From an uncultured Eubacteriales bacterium (GTDB lineage: Bacteria; Bacillota; Clostridia; Christensenellales; CAG-917), in the NCBI GenBank assembly GCA_900548005.1, contig URIZ01000001.1, positions 214,309 to 278,308 of the forward strand: 64,000 nt of DNA, given 5' to 3'. Below, in pieces: positions 1 through 9,378 of this stretch (the first letter of the stretch is position 1; each line of letters opens with the position of its first letter). The position numbers and the translations under genes are program-made. The notes below the pieces were generated by a model. That model made no database searches and was not told the origin of the DNA. It saw only the letters and a list, made by a program, of their open reading frames with translations.

Positions 1-749
1 TCACCGTCAACTACAATCGCGACATCGAAGTTTTCCCTGTCGTGAGCAGCATACTTGCCAAAATCACGGGCAAAGAGTGCATATACAAATCACCCACGGA
101 TATGGGCGTCAATATGGCGGGATATTGCATCGTGGACGATGAGGTTTGCAGAGAAGCGTCAAAGAAAGAAATCTTGCGCAGATACTACAAGGCTCTTTGC
201 GATTTGAAACGCGGCGATTGCAAGAAAGACACCGTGGAACGACTCGAATTTTTGATGTCGAGGCTTGGTATAACCCAAGCAACGCGCCCCGTTGTCGAAA
301 AAGCAAGAGAAAAGAGCGGTCAAAACGACGATTGCGGAGCGGTTGCTCTCGAACTTCAAGACGGCAGAATCGTCACGGGCAAGAACACTCAGCGTATGAG
401 CGCGTCCGCCGCTTGCGTCTTTAATGCGGTGAAGATGCTTGCAGGCATCAAGGACTCGCAAAAGCTCATATCGCCTTACGTCATCGGTCCTATCATCGAT
501 ATGAAAACCAAGATTCTCAAAGAGCACGACAAGACACTCACGCTCGAAGAAGCGTTGCTTGCGCTCTCCATTTGTGCGGCTTCCGACGCTACGGCGGCAA
601 CCGCAATGGAGCAACTCACGCAACTTGACGGATGCGACGCACACTCCACGCACATCTTGCACAAAGCGGACGAAAACCCCTTCCGCAAACTTGGTGTGAG
701 ATTGTCCAGCGATCCGGAATTTTTGGGCGACACCTTGTTCAACGAGTGA
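1..749 (+). CDS. DUF1846/UPF0371-family protein, C-terminal portion (5' end outside the window)
   Basis: The frame is open from base 3 to the left edge, and the M at 42 in the track is an internal GTG. The stop is at 747-749. The family assignment is from memory of UPF0371 sequences (KSPTDMGVNMAGY region), not from a search. Confidence 0.55.
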   Translation, partial: TVNYNRDIEVFPVVSSILAKITGKECIYKSPTDMGVNMAGYCIVDDEVCREASKKEILRRYYKALCDLKRGDCKKDTVERLEFLMSRLGITQATRPVVEKAREKSGQNDDCGAVALELQDGRIVTGKNTQRMSASAACVFNAVKMLAGIKDSQKLISPYVIGPIIDMKTKILKEHDKTLTLEEALLALSICAASDATAATAMEQLTQLDGCDAHSTHILHKADENPFRKLGVRLSSDPEFLGDTLFNE

Positions 750-802
750 AATTAATAATTAATAATCAATAATTGCGGGTGGGACAACCACACACGAATT
801 GC
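750..802. repeat. repeat family 2 copy (AT-rich run plus GCGGGTGGGAC..CCACACACGAATTGC hairpin)
   Basis: It begins 1 nt after the stop of the DUF1846 gene and has the same organisation as 24147-24209. Confidence 0.75.
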
Positions 803-846
803 AATAACAAACAACTATAACCAAAAATCTATGAAGGAGTGAAAAT

Positions 847-2634
847 ATGCTACTTTATGACAATAGAGATCAAATCCCCGCAGAGTATAAGTGGAGACTT
901 GAAGACATCATCAAAGACAATCAGGCTTGGGAAGAATTGTTCTTCAAAGTGGACGAGAGAATAGGGCATTTTGCCAAATACGCAGACCACCTTGCGGATG
1001 AAGATATGCTCTTTGACTGCTTGGAGCTTGAAACAAGACTTACGCATGACGTGATGAGCCTATATCAATACGCAAAAATGCGCCTTGACCAAGACACTCG
1101 TGACAACACCTATCAAGGCATGGTCAACAGAGTGGAGATGCTCATCGTCAAGTTTTCGTCTGCAACCAGCTTTATGACTCCCGAAATCAGCGAGTTTTCA
1201 AAGGAAAGACTCGAACAACTCAAAGCGAGCAAACGTTTCAAAAACTATGACGTGTTCTTTGGCGAAATCATTCGCAGCAAGGACATAATTCTCAGCAAGA
1301 AGGAAGAAAAAATTCTCGGTGAAGTGGGCATATTTGCCGACACAAACCAAGAAGTTTTCAGCATGTTTGACAATGCGGACGTCAAGTTCAAGAAGGTGGA
1401 CGACGGCAAAGGCAATCTTGTGGAGATGAGCCACGGCGTGTACGGGCTTATGTTGCAAAACCCCGATCAGAACGTCAGAAAAGCGGCGTTTGAGAGCATG
1501 TTCACCGCATACAAAGACTATATCAACACCATTGCCGCAAACTATGCCGGCAACGTGAAAAAGGATTGGTTCTTTGCCAAAGTGCGTGGATTCAAGAGTG
1601 CGCTGGACTATTCGATGTATCGTGAAAACGTGCCGCCGACCTGCTACAAAAAGTTGCTCGAAGCGGTGGGAGAAGGCACGCCGAATCTTCACAGATACAT
1701 GGCTCTTCGCAAGCGTGTTTTGGGGCTCGACAAGCTCAATTCCTACGATATGCACATCTCGATCGTCAAGGATCAAGAGCTTGCGCTCGAATACGAACAG
1801 GCAGTTGATCTTGTCAAAGAAGCACTTAAAGTCATGGGTAAGGAATATAGCGACATTCTCGCCACGTCTTTCACGGACGGTTGGATCGACGTTTTTGAAA
1901 ACAAGGGCAAGAGAAGCGGCGCGTATTCTTGGGGCGTGTACGGCGTGCACCCGTTTGTGCTGTTGAACTATCAAAAGACCGTGCATGACGTGTTTACAAT
2001 CGCACACGAGCTCGGACACGCAATGCACTCTTATTTCAGCAACTCCGCTCAACCGCAACAAAAGGCGAGCTATGAGATTTTCGTTGCAGAGATTGCGTCC
2101 ACCGTCAACGAAGTGCTCCTTCTCAAACACCTTCTCAAGACGGCGACGGGCGAGTTTAGAAAATACTTGCTTTCCTACTATCTCGACATGTTCCGCACCA
2201 CGCTGTTCAGACAATCCATGTTCAGTGAGTTTGAAGTGATTGCGCACACCATGGTTGAAAACGGCGAGCCTATCACGGCGGATTCGCTGTCCAATGCATA
2301 TTACGAACTCGACAAGAAATACTATGGCGATGCGGTGGAGCACAGCGACCTTATCCGCTATGAATGGGCGCGTATTCCGCACTTCTACACAAGTTATTAC
2401 GTCTACAAGTACGCAACCGGCATCACCACGGCGGTGTCCATTGCCAACAACATCTTGACAAAGGGCGAAAAGTATTTTGAAAAATACAAGCAATTCTTGT
2501 CGGCAGGCGGAAGTTTTCCGCCGCTTGACATCATTCGTCTTGCAGACGTCGATCTTGAAAGCGACGTGCCTTACAAGACCGCTATGAAAGAATTTGCGGA
2601 CACTCTTGACGAGCTTGAAAAATCGTTTGAGTGA
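847..2634 (+). CDS. pepF: oligoendopeptidase F (M3B zinc metallopeptidase)
   Basis: 595-aa ORF with the zinc motif HELGHAMH. AAGGAG lies upstream of the ATG, and length and overall sequence are typical of PepF. Confidence 0.9.
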   Translation: MLLYDNRDQIPAEYKWRLEDIIKDNQAWEELFFKVDERIGHFAKYADHLADEDMLFDCLELETRLTHDVMSLYQYAKMRLDQDTRDNTYQGMVNRVEMLIVKFSSATSFMTPEISEFSKERLEQLKASKRFKNYDVFFGEIIRSKDIILSKKEEKILGEVGIFADTNQEVFSMFDNADVKFKKVDDGKGNLVEMSHGVYGLMLQNPDQNVRKAAFESMFTAYKDYINTIAANYAGNVKKDWFFAKVRGFKSALDYSMYRENVPPTCYKKLLEAVGEGTPNLHRYMALRKRVLGLDKLNSYDMHISIVKDQELALEYEQAVDLVKEALKVMGKEYSDILATSFTDGWIDVFENKGKRSGAYSWGVYGVHPFVLLNYQKTVHDVFTIAHELGHAMHSYFSNSAQPQQKASYEIFVAEIASTVNEVLLLKHLLKTATGEFRKYLLSYYLDMFRTTLFRQSMFSEFEVIAHTMVENGEPITADSLSNAYYELDKKYYGDAVEHSDLIRYEWARIPHFYTSYYVYKYATGITTAVSIANNILTKGEKYFEKYKQFLSAGGSFPPLDIIRLADVDLESDVPYKTAMKEFADTLDELEKSFE

Positions 2635-2671
2635 GCATACACGATAGGCCTTGAGCCAAACAACTTAACAC

Positions 2672-3307
2672 ATGAAACTTAATCGTCGAAACCACACAAA
2701 ATTTGCGCTTGTCGCGCTGACACTCATCGCCTTGTGCGTCCTGCTTTGCGCCTGCTCCGACAGCGGTGAAGACAACGCCACAGTCGTCAGAAACGTATAT
2801 CTGACGGGCAAGATCGTTTTCACCGACATTGCAGAGGACACGGCATACGTGCATGTCTCCTTTTCCGGCAAGGGCGACAGCGTCGGAACTGCGACTTGGG
2901 CAAGCGGCGAGCAGAATCTCGATTTGTGGTATAGCCTGTCCACAACCACCGTCACTTTCGATCCGTCACGGATATTTAGTGCGGTCAAGCAAGCCGTACC
3001 ACAAGAAGACCTCAAAAACGAAGACCATATTTACAATCGCTTGAAAGTGGTCTTGTTGTATGATACTATATATAAATCTATAAAAAGCGACGGTCAGATC
3101 TCCAAAAGCGGCAGCACCTACACCCACGTTTTCAACCTTGACGAGAGCAAGAGCGAGCAATCTTTCACGCTCAGCATGCGCTCGCCGCGTTCGGAAAACT
3201 GGTATACGGCGTTGATAGCGGGCGGCATAGTGCTGTTTGTTGTCGTGACGGGGATTTGTCTAGCTTGCAAGGGTAGATTATGCCAAAAGAAGAAACTAAA
3301 AGAGTGA
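2672..3307 (+). CDS. hypothetical lipoprotein / membrane protein
   Basis: N-terminal signal with a lipobox-like LLCAC-S and a C-terminal TM helix (WYTALIAGGIVLFVVVTGICLAC). I recognised no family. It overlaps the upstream dnaB start candidate. Confidence 0.5.
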   Translation: MKLNRRNHTKFALVALTLIALCVLLCACSDSGEDNATVVRNVYLTGKIVFTDIAEDTAYVHVSFSGKGDSVGTATWASGEQNLDLWYSLSTTTVTFDPSRIFSAVKQAVPQEDLKNEDHIYNRLKVVLLYDTIYKSIKSDGQISKSGSTYTHVFNLDESKSEQSFTLSMRSPRSENWYTALIAGGIVLFVVVTGICLACKGRLCQKKKLKE

Positions 3308-4932
3308 CAAGGGGTATGCCCAACAACGTTGATGCCGAAGCCAACGTTTTAGGCTCTATTCTCATCGACAGCAAATCGGCGGATCTCATCGTTCCGCTTT
3401 TGAGTGCCGAGGACTTTTATCTTGCGCAAAATCGCATGATTTTTGCGGCGATGAAACAGCTTCAAAGCGAAAGCAAGCCCATAGACGTTGTGTCTGTCAG
3501 CGACGCTTTGGAAGTGAAAGGACTGCTTGACCAGATCGGCTCGGTTGCGTATTTGAGTGACCTTGCAGAAGGAGTCGTGTCCGCCGCAAACGGCGAATAT
3601 TACGCTCAAATCGTCAAGCGTGACGCGCTCACGAGAAAGGTTATATCCGCAGGCAACGACATCGCCAAATACGGCTATGAGTGCGAAGACGGCAAGGACG
3701 CTTTGGCAAACGCCGAAAAACTTGTCTATTCCATCACCGAGCAATCAAGCGAATCCGCGCTCAAAAAGGTGGACGACGCAATTGCCGAGGCTATCAAGAA
3801 CATCCAAGACGTGCAATCGGGCAACGTGCCAAAGAACACCGTCTATACGGATTTTCCCACTTTCGATGCGAAAACTCACGGCTTGAAACCGGGCGAAATG
3901 GTGCTTATTGCAGCTCGTCCGTCTGTGGGTAAAACTGCGTTTGCACTAAATATAGCGGCAAACGTTGCGCTCAATCACGGCAAAAAAGTGGCTATCTTCT
4001 CGCTGGAAATGCCTTCGGCATTGCTCGCAAAACGTATGCTCGGCTACATCTCCAAGGTGTCTTTCAACAAGATGGACACTCGCGGAGCATTGAGCGGTGA
4101 AGACTACAAGAAGATTATGAACGGCTACAAAGCCTTGCTTGCAAGCGGCATATACATCGACGACTATTCCATGAACGGTCCGAGCGAAGTGCTTTCAAAA
4201 TGCCGCCGTCTAAAACGCGAACAAGGGCTTGACCTTGTTATCATCGACTATTTGCAACTTATGACTTCCAAAGTCAACGGCAAAGCCGCCGAGAGCAGAC
4301 AAGTGGAAGTGAGTGATATGTCAAGAAAGATGAAAATCTATGCAAAGGAACTCGATTGCCCGATTATTCTTCTTTCGCAAATGTCGCGTGGCGTCGAGCA
4401 ACGTCCCGATCACACGCCCTTGCTTTCGGACTTGCGTGAATCGGGCTCTATCGAGCAAGACGCGGACGTTGTCGTGTTCTTGAACAATCCGCACAAATAC
4501 AACCAAGCTTTGCCCGAAAACGAAGTCATTCTTGACGTGAAAAAGAACAGAAACGGTCCTATCGGCGAAATCAAGCTCGACTGGGACGGCTCTACGACCA
4601 CGTTCAAAGAAATGGTGGATCAAAACGCAAACACCACCGAATACGCCTATCAAGAGAACAAGACGGACGACGAAGACAAGGTGGCGGACATCAAGTCCAT
4701 ATCTCAAGTGGCCGAAGAGTTGCACGAAGTTGCGGCAAACAAAGACGATATGCCTTTTGACACGCCGTCAAGCGACGAGCCTATGCCGTTTGAAGACGCG
4801 CCCGCTCCCGATGACAGCGACATCCCCGCGCCGAGCGATGAAGATATGCCGTTTGACGAAGACGCTGATGACGAATACATCGACGATGATGACGAATACG
4901 TTGACAGCGACGACGAAGATATGCCGTTTTGA
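3280..4932 (+). CDS. dnaB: replicative DNA helicase DnaB with a long acidic C-terminal tail
   Basis: N-terminal DnaB domain (AEANVLGSILID), Walker A ARPSVGKTAFALNIA and Walker B LVIIDYLQLM. The alternative start at 3316 (MPNNVD) cannot be excluded. Residues from about 447 to 550 are a non-canonical acidic tail. Confidence 0.9.
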   Translation: MPKEETKRVTRGMPNNVDAEANVLGSILIDSKSADLIVPLLSAEDFYLAQNRMIFAAMKQLQSESKPIDVVSVSDALEVKGLLDQIGSVAYLSDLAEGVVSAANGEYYAQIVKRDALTRKVISAGNDIAKYGYECEDGKDALANAEKLVYSITEQSSESALKKVDDAIAEAIKNIQDVQSGNVPKNTVYTDFPTFDAKTHGLKPGEMVLIAARPSVGKTAFALNIAANVALNHGKKVAIFSLEMPSALLAKRMLGYISKVSFNKMDTRGALSGEDYKKIMNGYKALLASGIYIDDYSMNGPSEVLSKCRRLKREQGLDLVIIDYLQLMTSKVNGKAAESRQVEVSDMSRKMKIYAKELDCPIILLSQMSRGVEQRPDHTPLLSDLRESGSIEQDADVVVFLNNPHKYNQALPENEVILDVKKNRNGPIGEIKLDWDGSTTTFKEMVDQNANTTEYAYQENKTDDEDKVADIKSISQVAEELHEVAANKDDMPFDTPSSDEPMPFEDAPAPDDSDIPAPSDEDMPFDEDADDEYIDDDDEYVDSDDEDMPF

Positions 4933-4952
4933 CACGCAAAAAAAATATAAAG

Positions 4953-4980
4953 ACAGCATCCGAAGCGGTGCTGTTTTTTA
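4953..4980 (+). terminator. rho-independent terminator after dnaB
   Basis: Stem ACAGCA..CCG-AAG-CGG..TGCTGT followed by a T-run. Confidence 0.7.
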
Positions 4981-5044
4981 TTGTCTAAAAACATAGTTTT
5001 TTGAAAAAACATACCGAAAAAAGATTTGAAGTTTGTCTGCGACA

Positions 5045-5137
5045 AGTGAAGTTGTCGGGGACAGTGAAGTTTGCTATGCGAGTGAAGTTTGCTTACGCAA
5101 GTGAAGTTTGCTTACGCAAGTGACGTTCGCTACTTAG
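5045..5137. repeat. five tandem copies of an 18-19 bp unit (AGTGAAGTTTGCTTACGCA)
   Basis: Unit starts read at 5045, 5063, 5081, 5100 and 5119. The period is not a multiple of 3, and the region is intergenic between dnaB and yqfC. Confidence 0.85.
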
Positions 5138-5314
5138 AATACCGCTTTTGAACAACAGTATCCATCAAAACCGCTCATAAACGCCTGACGAAACCTTTGA
5201 AAAACATTGCCGAAAATGTTGATAGAACACACGATTATTTTGAAAATGCCATTGCAAAAAAACAATAATGATTGCTCGGGGCATAAAGACGATTTTGTCG
5301 CAATAAAATTTTGT

Positions 5315-5566
5315 ATGTTTAAGGATGAAATCAAGGACAAATTGAAGATAAACAACGTGGTCTTGCCGTACGTTGTGACTTTGACAAGCGGAAAAACAGT
5401 GATAAGCGGAGTGAAAAAAGTGCTTGTGGCAAAGGACGACGAGATTGCAATCAGCGTGTCTTCTTGCGTTGTCAGAGTGCTCGGAAAGGGACTTGAAATT
5501 GCGCAAATCGGCGGTGGAGAAGCATATATCAAGGGTGAAACGGCAGGAGTGAGTTTTGAAAAATAG
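5315..5566 (+). CDS. yqfC: YabP/YqfC-family sporulation protein
   Basis: The pattern V.L.SGKTVISGVKKVL...EI.I....V.V.GKGLEI..I..GE..IKGE matches remembered YabP/YqfC sequences, and the gene lies immediately upstream of yqfD-phoH as in B. subtilis. The start is uncertain (5207, 5246 or 5315), and none has a good RBS. Confidence 0.6.
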   Translation: MFKDEIKDKLKINNVVLPYVVTLTSGKTVISGVKKVLVAKDDEIAISVSSCVVRVLGKGLEIAQIGGGEAYIKGETAGVSFEK

Positions 5567-6902
5567 AATGTCGAAAACAAAAAGCGTCAAAAGTGAAAAC
5601 AGCGTGTTAGATACAAGAAAAAAGCGTGCAAATCGCAGATTGAAAAAGGAAGGAGTCGCACTTGTTGACCAAAGGGGCAAAAAGCCGAAAAACAAGGGGA
5701 AATCAAAGGGGCAAAAGGACGCTTTTGTCAACGGAAACAAGCAAAAAGACACGGTTAGAGTTCACAAAAAGCCAAATATGCTTGCCACTCTCAGAGCGAG
5801 AGTGGGCGCGTCCACGATCATTGTGCGTGGAGAAAACTCGCAAAGGGCAATCGGAGCGGTGATGAAGATATGCCGAGTGGACGGCGTAAAGACAAGTCAA
5901 GACGGCTGCACGTTTGTTGTCAAATCAAAACATTTGAGCAAGATTATTGCATTATTAGATAACTTATGTTATGATTATAAAATAATTGATAATAGAGGTA
6001 TTGCGCCCTATGCGCTGAGCGTTGCGATGCGTCCCGGCTTGCTTGTGGGGCTGATGATAGCTCTATCGGCAATCATCGTTTTGTCGCAATTTGTCACGCG
6101 CGTGAGCGTGTCGGGCGCAGGCGCGAATTTGCCTGCAGCTCTAAAAAACGAGATTTGCGCCATACTAAACCAAAGCGGAGTCAAGGTGGGCGCAAAGACT
6201 TGCGACGTGGACGAAAAAGCCTTGCAAGACAAGATCCTTGCGCTTGACGGCGTTGCGTTTGCAAGCGTCAAAAAGAAAGGCTCGGCGGTGAGCGTTGTGG
6301 TGAAACAAGCTCTGCCTCAGGACTTTTCGTTTGTGACCGACGGCGAACTGGTGAAAGCCGCAAAACGCGCCGTTGTGACCAGAATCGTTGTGACGGGCGG
6401 CACGGCGGTGAAGAAATACGGCGACGTGGTTTCACCCGGGGACGTGCTTATTGACGGGTACGTCGAATACGGCGATGACAAGATCCCCGTCAAAGCGAGC
6501 GGCTATGCCTTTGGCAAAGTGTATCACACACTTTCGGTGTTCTTTGCAAACGAGAGCGTGAGATGCGTGCGAAAAGACACGAAAACGCTCGTGCGCTACG
6601 CCATGTTCGGCAAAACGCCCAAGCTGCCCCAATCGCCCTTTGAAAAATACGAGCTGAAAACAAGCGTGCAAGAGTTCGGATTTTTGTTGCCGATACGCAT
6701 ATACCGCTTTGAGTATACGGCGATAGAAGAGATAAAAGAGCGCAACGACAAGAGCGTGGACGAGATGAAGAAAATCGCATTTTCTCGTCTTTGCGGCGAG
6801 CTTAAACAGAGCGTAAAGGTGCTTGACGTCTACTATGACGTGCAAAAGGGTGACAACGGAGTTTCCGTCACGGTGACTTTGGAAGCGGAAGAAAGGATAT
6901 GA
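5556..6902 (+). CDS. yqfD: sporulation protein YqfD with a Lys/Arg-rich N-terminal extension
   Basis: 448-aa ORF with a TTG start 6 nt after AGGAG. It has a single central TM segment (LLVGLMIALSAIIVLSQF) and sits between yqfC and phoH. The first ~75 aa are highly basic and are not part of YqfD as I remember it. Confidence 0.7.
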   Translation: MKNRMSKTKSVKSENSVLDTRKKRANRRLKKEGVALVDQRGKKPKNKGKSKGQKDAFVNGNKQKDTVRVHKKPNMLATLRARVGASTIIVRGENSQRAIGAVMKICRVDGVKTSQDGCTFVVKSKHLSKIIALLDNLCYDYKIIDNRGIAPYALSVAMRPGLLVGLMIALSAIIVLSQFVTRVSVSGAGANLPAALKNEICAILNQSGVKVGAKTCDVDEKALQDKILALDGVAFASVKKKGSAVSVVVKQALPQDFSFVTDGELVKAAKRAVVTRIVVTGGTAVKKYGDVVSPGDVLIDGYVEYGDDKIPVKASGYAFGKVYHTLSVFFANESVRCVRKDTKTLVRYAMFGKTPKLPQSPFEKYELKTSVQEFGFLLPIRIYRFEYTAIEEIKERNDKSVDEMKKIAFSRLCGELKQSVKVLDVYYDVQKGDNGVSVTVTLEAEERI

Positions 6903-7870
6903 AAACGCAAAAAGAAAAGCAGTTTGAAAAATACGAAACCATGATGAGCGTGTTCGGCGAGCTTGACGAGAACATCGAAAAGCTGACGGACGCTTTTGAC
7001 GTGGACGTTTTTGCGCTTGGCACGAGCGTGAAAGTCAGCGGCGAAGAAAAGGACGTTGACGGCGCGATTCGAGCGATAGACGCGCTTGAAAAGTTGTGCA
7101 AGACTCAGCCGCTCAATGCTCAGACGGTGAATATGGTCATCGGCTATGCAAAAGCCGGGCGCGACTTTGACGTTGCGGATCTCATGGGCACGGTTGCGAT
7201 CACGGCGCGCGGCAAAATCATCCGTCCAAAGACGCTCGGACAGAAGAAATACGTTGACTCAATCAAGAAAAACAGCATTGTGTTCGGCGTCGGACCTGCG
7301 GGCACGGGCAAGACGTATCTTGCGGTTGCGCTTGCGGTGTACGCGCTCAAAAATCACGAGATTGACAAGATTATACTCACTCGCCCCGCCGTTGAAGCAG
7401 GCGAAAAACTCGGCTTTTTGCCCGGGGATTTGACGGAAAAAGTCGATCCCTATCTCAGACCGCTGTTTGACGCTCTTCAAGAGATGATGGGACAGGACGC
7501 ATACTCAAAGCATATCGAGCGCGGCAGCATAGAGATTGCGCCGCTTGCGTATATGAGGGGCAGGACGCTCTCAAACAGTTTCATCATTCTTGACGAGGCG
7601 CAAAACACCACCAAAGAGCAGATGAAGATGTTTCTCACTCGCATGGGTGAAAACTCGCGCATAGTGGTGACGGGCGACATAACGCAAATCGACTTGCCCA
7701 AGAGTGTGAAAAGCGGGCTTATCGACGCACTTGACGTGCTAAAAGACGTTGAGGGCATAGACATTGTCAGGTTGACGGCAAAAGACGTGGTCAGACACGA
7801 GCTTGTCACAAGAATAATTCAAGCATACGAAAAAGCAGAATCGCACACCAAAGCCGACGAGCAGGAGTGA
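6899..7870 (+). CDS. phoH: PhoH-family ATPase
   Basis: Walker A GPAGTGKTYLAVA and Walker B IILDEAQN. It overlaps the yqfD stop (ATGA). Confidence 0.9.
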   Translation: MKTQKEKQFEKYETMMSVFGELDENIEKLTDAFDVDVFALGTSVKVSGEEKDVDGAIRAIDALEKLCKTQPLNAQTVNMVIGYAKAGRDFDVADLMGTVAITARGKIIRPKTLGQKKYVDSIKKNSIVFGVGPAGTGKTYLAVALAVYALKNHEIDKIILTRPAVEAGEKLGFLPGDLTEKVDPYLRPLFDALQEMMGQDAYSKHIERGSIEIAPLAYMRGRTLSNSFIILDEAQNTTKEQMKMFLTRMGENSRIVVTGDITQIDLPKSVKSGLIDALDVLKDVEGIDIVRLTAKDVVRHELVTRIIQAYEKAESHTKADEQE

Positions 7871-7889
7871 CGATTTTTGGAGAAAACCT

Positions 7890-9377
7890 ATGATAGACGA
7901 CATTAAAGACATATCAAGAGTCGAGAAAGAAAAGGCGATCGCAAGGCACAAAAGAGCGACGTATTTTTGGCAATGTATCGCGACGGCGATTGTGTTTGCC
8001 GTTGCAATGACGCTGTTTTCGCTCTTTATGATCGGCAATTTCAAGGCGGCGTTCACCGTGAAGAATGCGCTTGCCACGACGGGAAGAATGATTATCGCAG
8101 TCGGGATGATGATTTTTCTCATGGCGGGCGTATACAGGTTTACGGGCGCAAAAGGCACAAGCACGAGAGATTTTCACCTGACGGCAATCATGGTGCTTGT
8201 CACTTTTTTCATCTCGATAACCGCCGCCGTGAAGTTCAACGAATACGCAATGCCCATTGCGCTTGCAACGCTTGTTTTGATAGAGCTTATCGACAGACGC
8301 ACGTCCACTTTGGCAACCGCCGTGCTGTCAATACTCATCGTGGCGGCGTTTATGATCGACACCGTCAGATTTGACCTTGCGGTGATCATGGCAAGCGTGA
8401 TTTGCAACGCACTTTGCGCAGTGCTTGTGGATTTTTATGAGAAAAAGCACCTTACAAGGCTCAAATTCTTGCTCGTGTCCATGGCAACGCCCCTTCTTAT
8501 GCAACCGCTCGTTCTGTTGTTCACGCTCTTGTCCAAGGACGTGGGCATCAACCTTTTGTGGCACGTGGTGTGGTCGTACGGCGCAAACGTTGCGGCATCG
8601 CTCATTTTTATGCCGCTTGTGGCAATATTCGAAGGCATGTTCAACATCGCGGACGATTTCAGGCTCAACGAGCTTTGCAATCTGTCCAACCCCTTGCTCA
8701 AACGCCTTGCGAGCGAAGCGCCGGGCACTTTCAACCACTCGCTTGTCGTGGGCAACCTTGCAGAAGCGTGCGCAACCGCAATAGGCGAAAATCCCAATAT
8801 GGCAAGATGCGCCGCCTACTATCACGATATAGGCAAGCTCAAAGCCCCCATCTATTTCAGCGAAAACCAATCTTCCTACAATCCGCACGACGAGCTTATC
8901 CCCGAAGTGAGCGTGAGCATGATCACGTCGCACACGCTCTTTGGCGAGATACTCGCAAAGCAAAACAGGCTGCCAAAAGAGATTGTGGCAATTTGCCGCG
9001 AGCACCACGGCACGTCGCCTGTGGGATATTTCTATCGCAAGGCTCTCACCTTGAAAGAAGAAGGGGATCTTGCCGTTGACAAATACACCTACGCCGGTCC
9101 AAAACCGCAGACCAAGATCGCCGCAATAATCATGATTGCCGACACCATCGAGGCGGCAATGCGCGCGTATATGCCCGACACCAAGGAAGAGTTCGAGGCA
9201 AGAATCAACAAGCTCGTGGACGAGAAAATCGAGCTGCGCCAATTTGACGAATGTCCGATCACTATGGGCGATATCGCAACAATCAAACGCACGATCATCG
9301 AAGTGCTGCCGTCCATTCATCATAGCCGCGTGAGCTACGACAAGAAGAAGAAAGAAAACACTTTCGCAAAAAACTGA
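7890..9377 (+). CDS. pgpH: 7TM-HD membrane phosphohydrolase (PgpH/YqfF-like, cyclic-di-AMP phosphodiesterase family)
   Basis: Multiple TM helices in the N-terminal half, HD motif AAYYHDIGK, and synteny phoH-yqfF-ybeY. It appears to lack the long extracellular N-terminal domain of B. subtilis YqfF. Confidence 0.8.
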   Translation: MIDDIKDISRVEKEKAIARHKRATYFWQCIATAIVFAVAMTLFSLFMIGNFKAAFTVKNALATTGRMIIAVGMMIFLMAGVYRFTGAKGTSTRDFHLTAIMVLVTFFISITAAVKFNEYAMPIALATLVLIELIDRRTSTLATAVLSILIVAAFMIDTVRFDLAVIMASVICNALCAVLVDFYEKKHLTRLKFLLVSMATPLLMQPLVLLFTLLSKDVGINLLWHVVWSYGANVAASLIFMPLVAIFEGMFNIADDFRLNELCNLSNPLLKRLASEAPGTFNHSLVVGNLAEACATAIGENPNMARCAAYYHDIGKLKAPIYFSENQSSYNPHDELIPEVSVSMITSHTLFGEILAKQNRLPKEIVAICREHHGTSPVGYFYRKALTLKEEGDLAVDKYTYAGPKPQTKIAAIIMIADTIEAAMRAYMPDTKEEFEARINKLVDEKIELRQFDECPITMGDIATIKRTIIEVLPSIHHSRVSYDKKKKENTFAKN

Positions 9378-9378
9378 T

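Noticed and set aside
1198-2493. 431-aa ORF on the minus strand inside pepF
   Set aside because: It is completely antisense to a gene with clear motifs (HELGHAMH), and its sequence is Arg/His/Val-rich and low in information, typical of shadow ORFs. The same reasoning applies to 8328..9545(-), 9897..10790(-), 17290..18360(-), 22556..23341(-), 35794..36594(-), 40091..41341(-), 45817..46914(+), 47338..48393(+) and 55275..56186(-).
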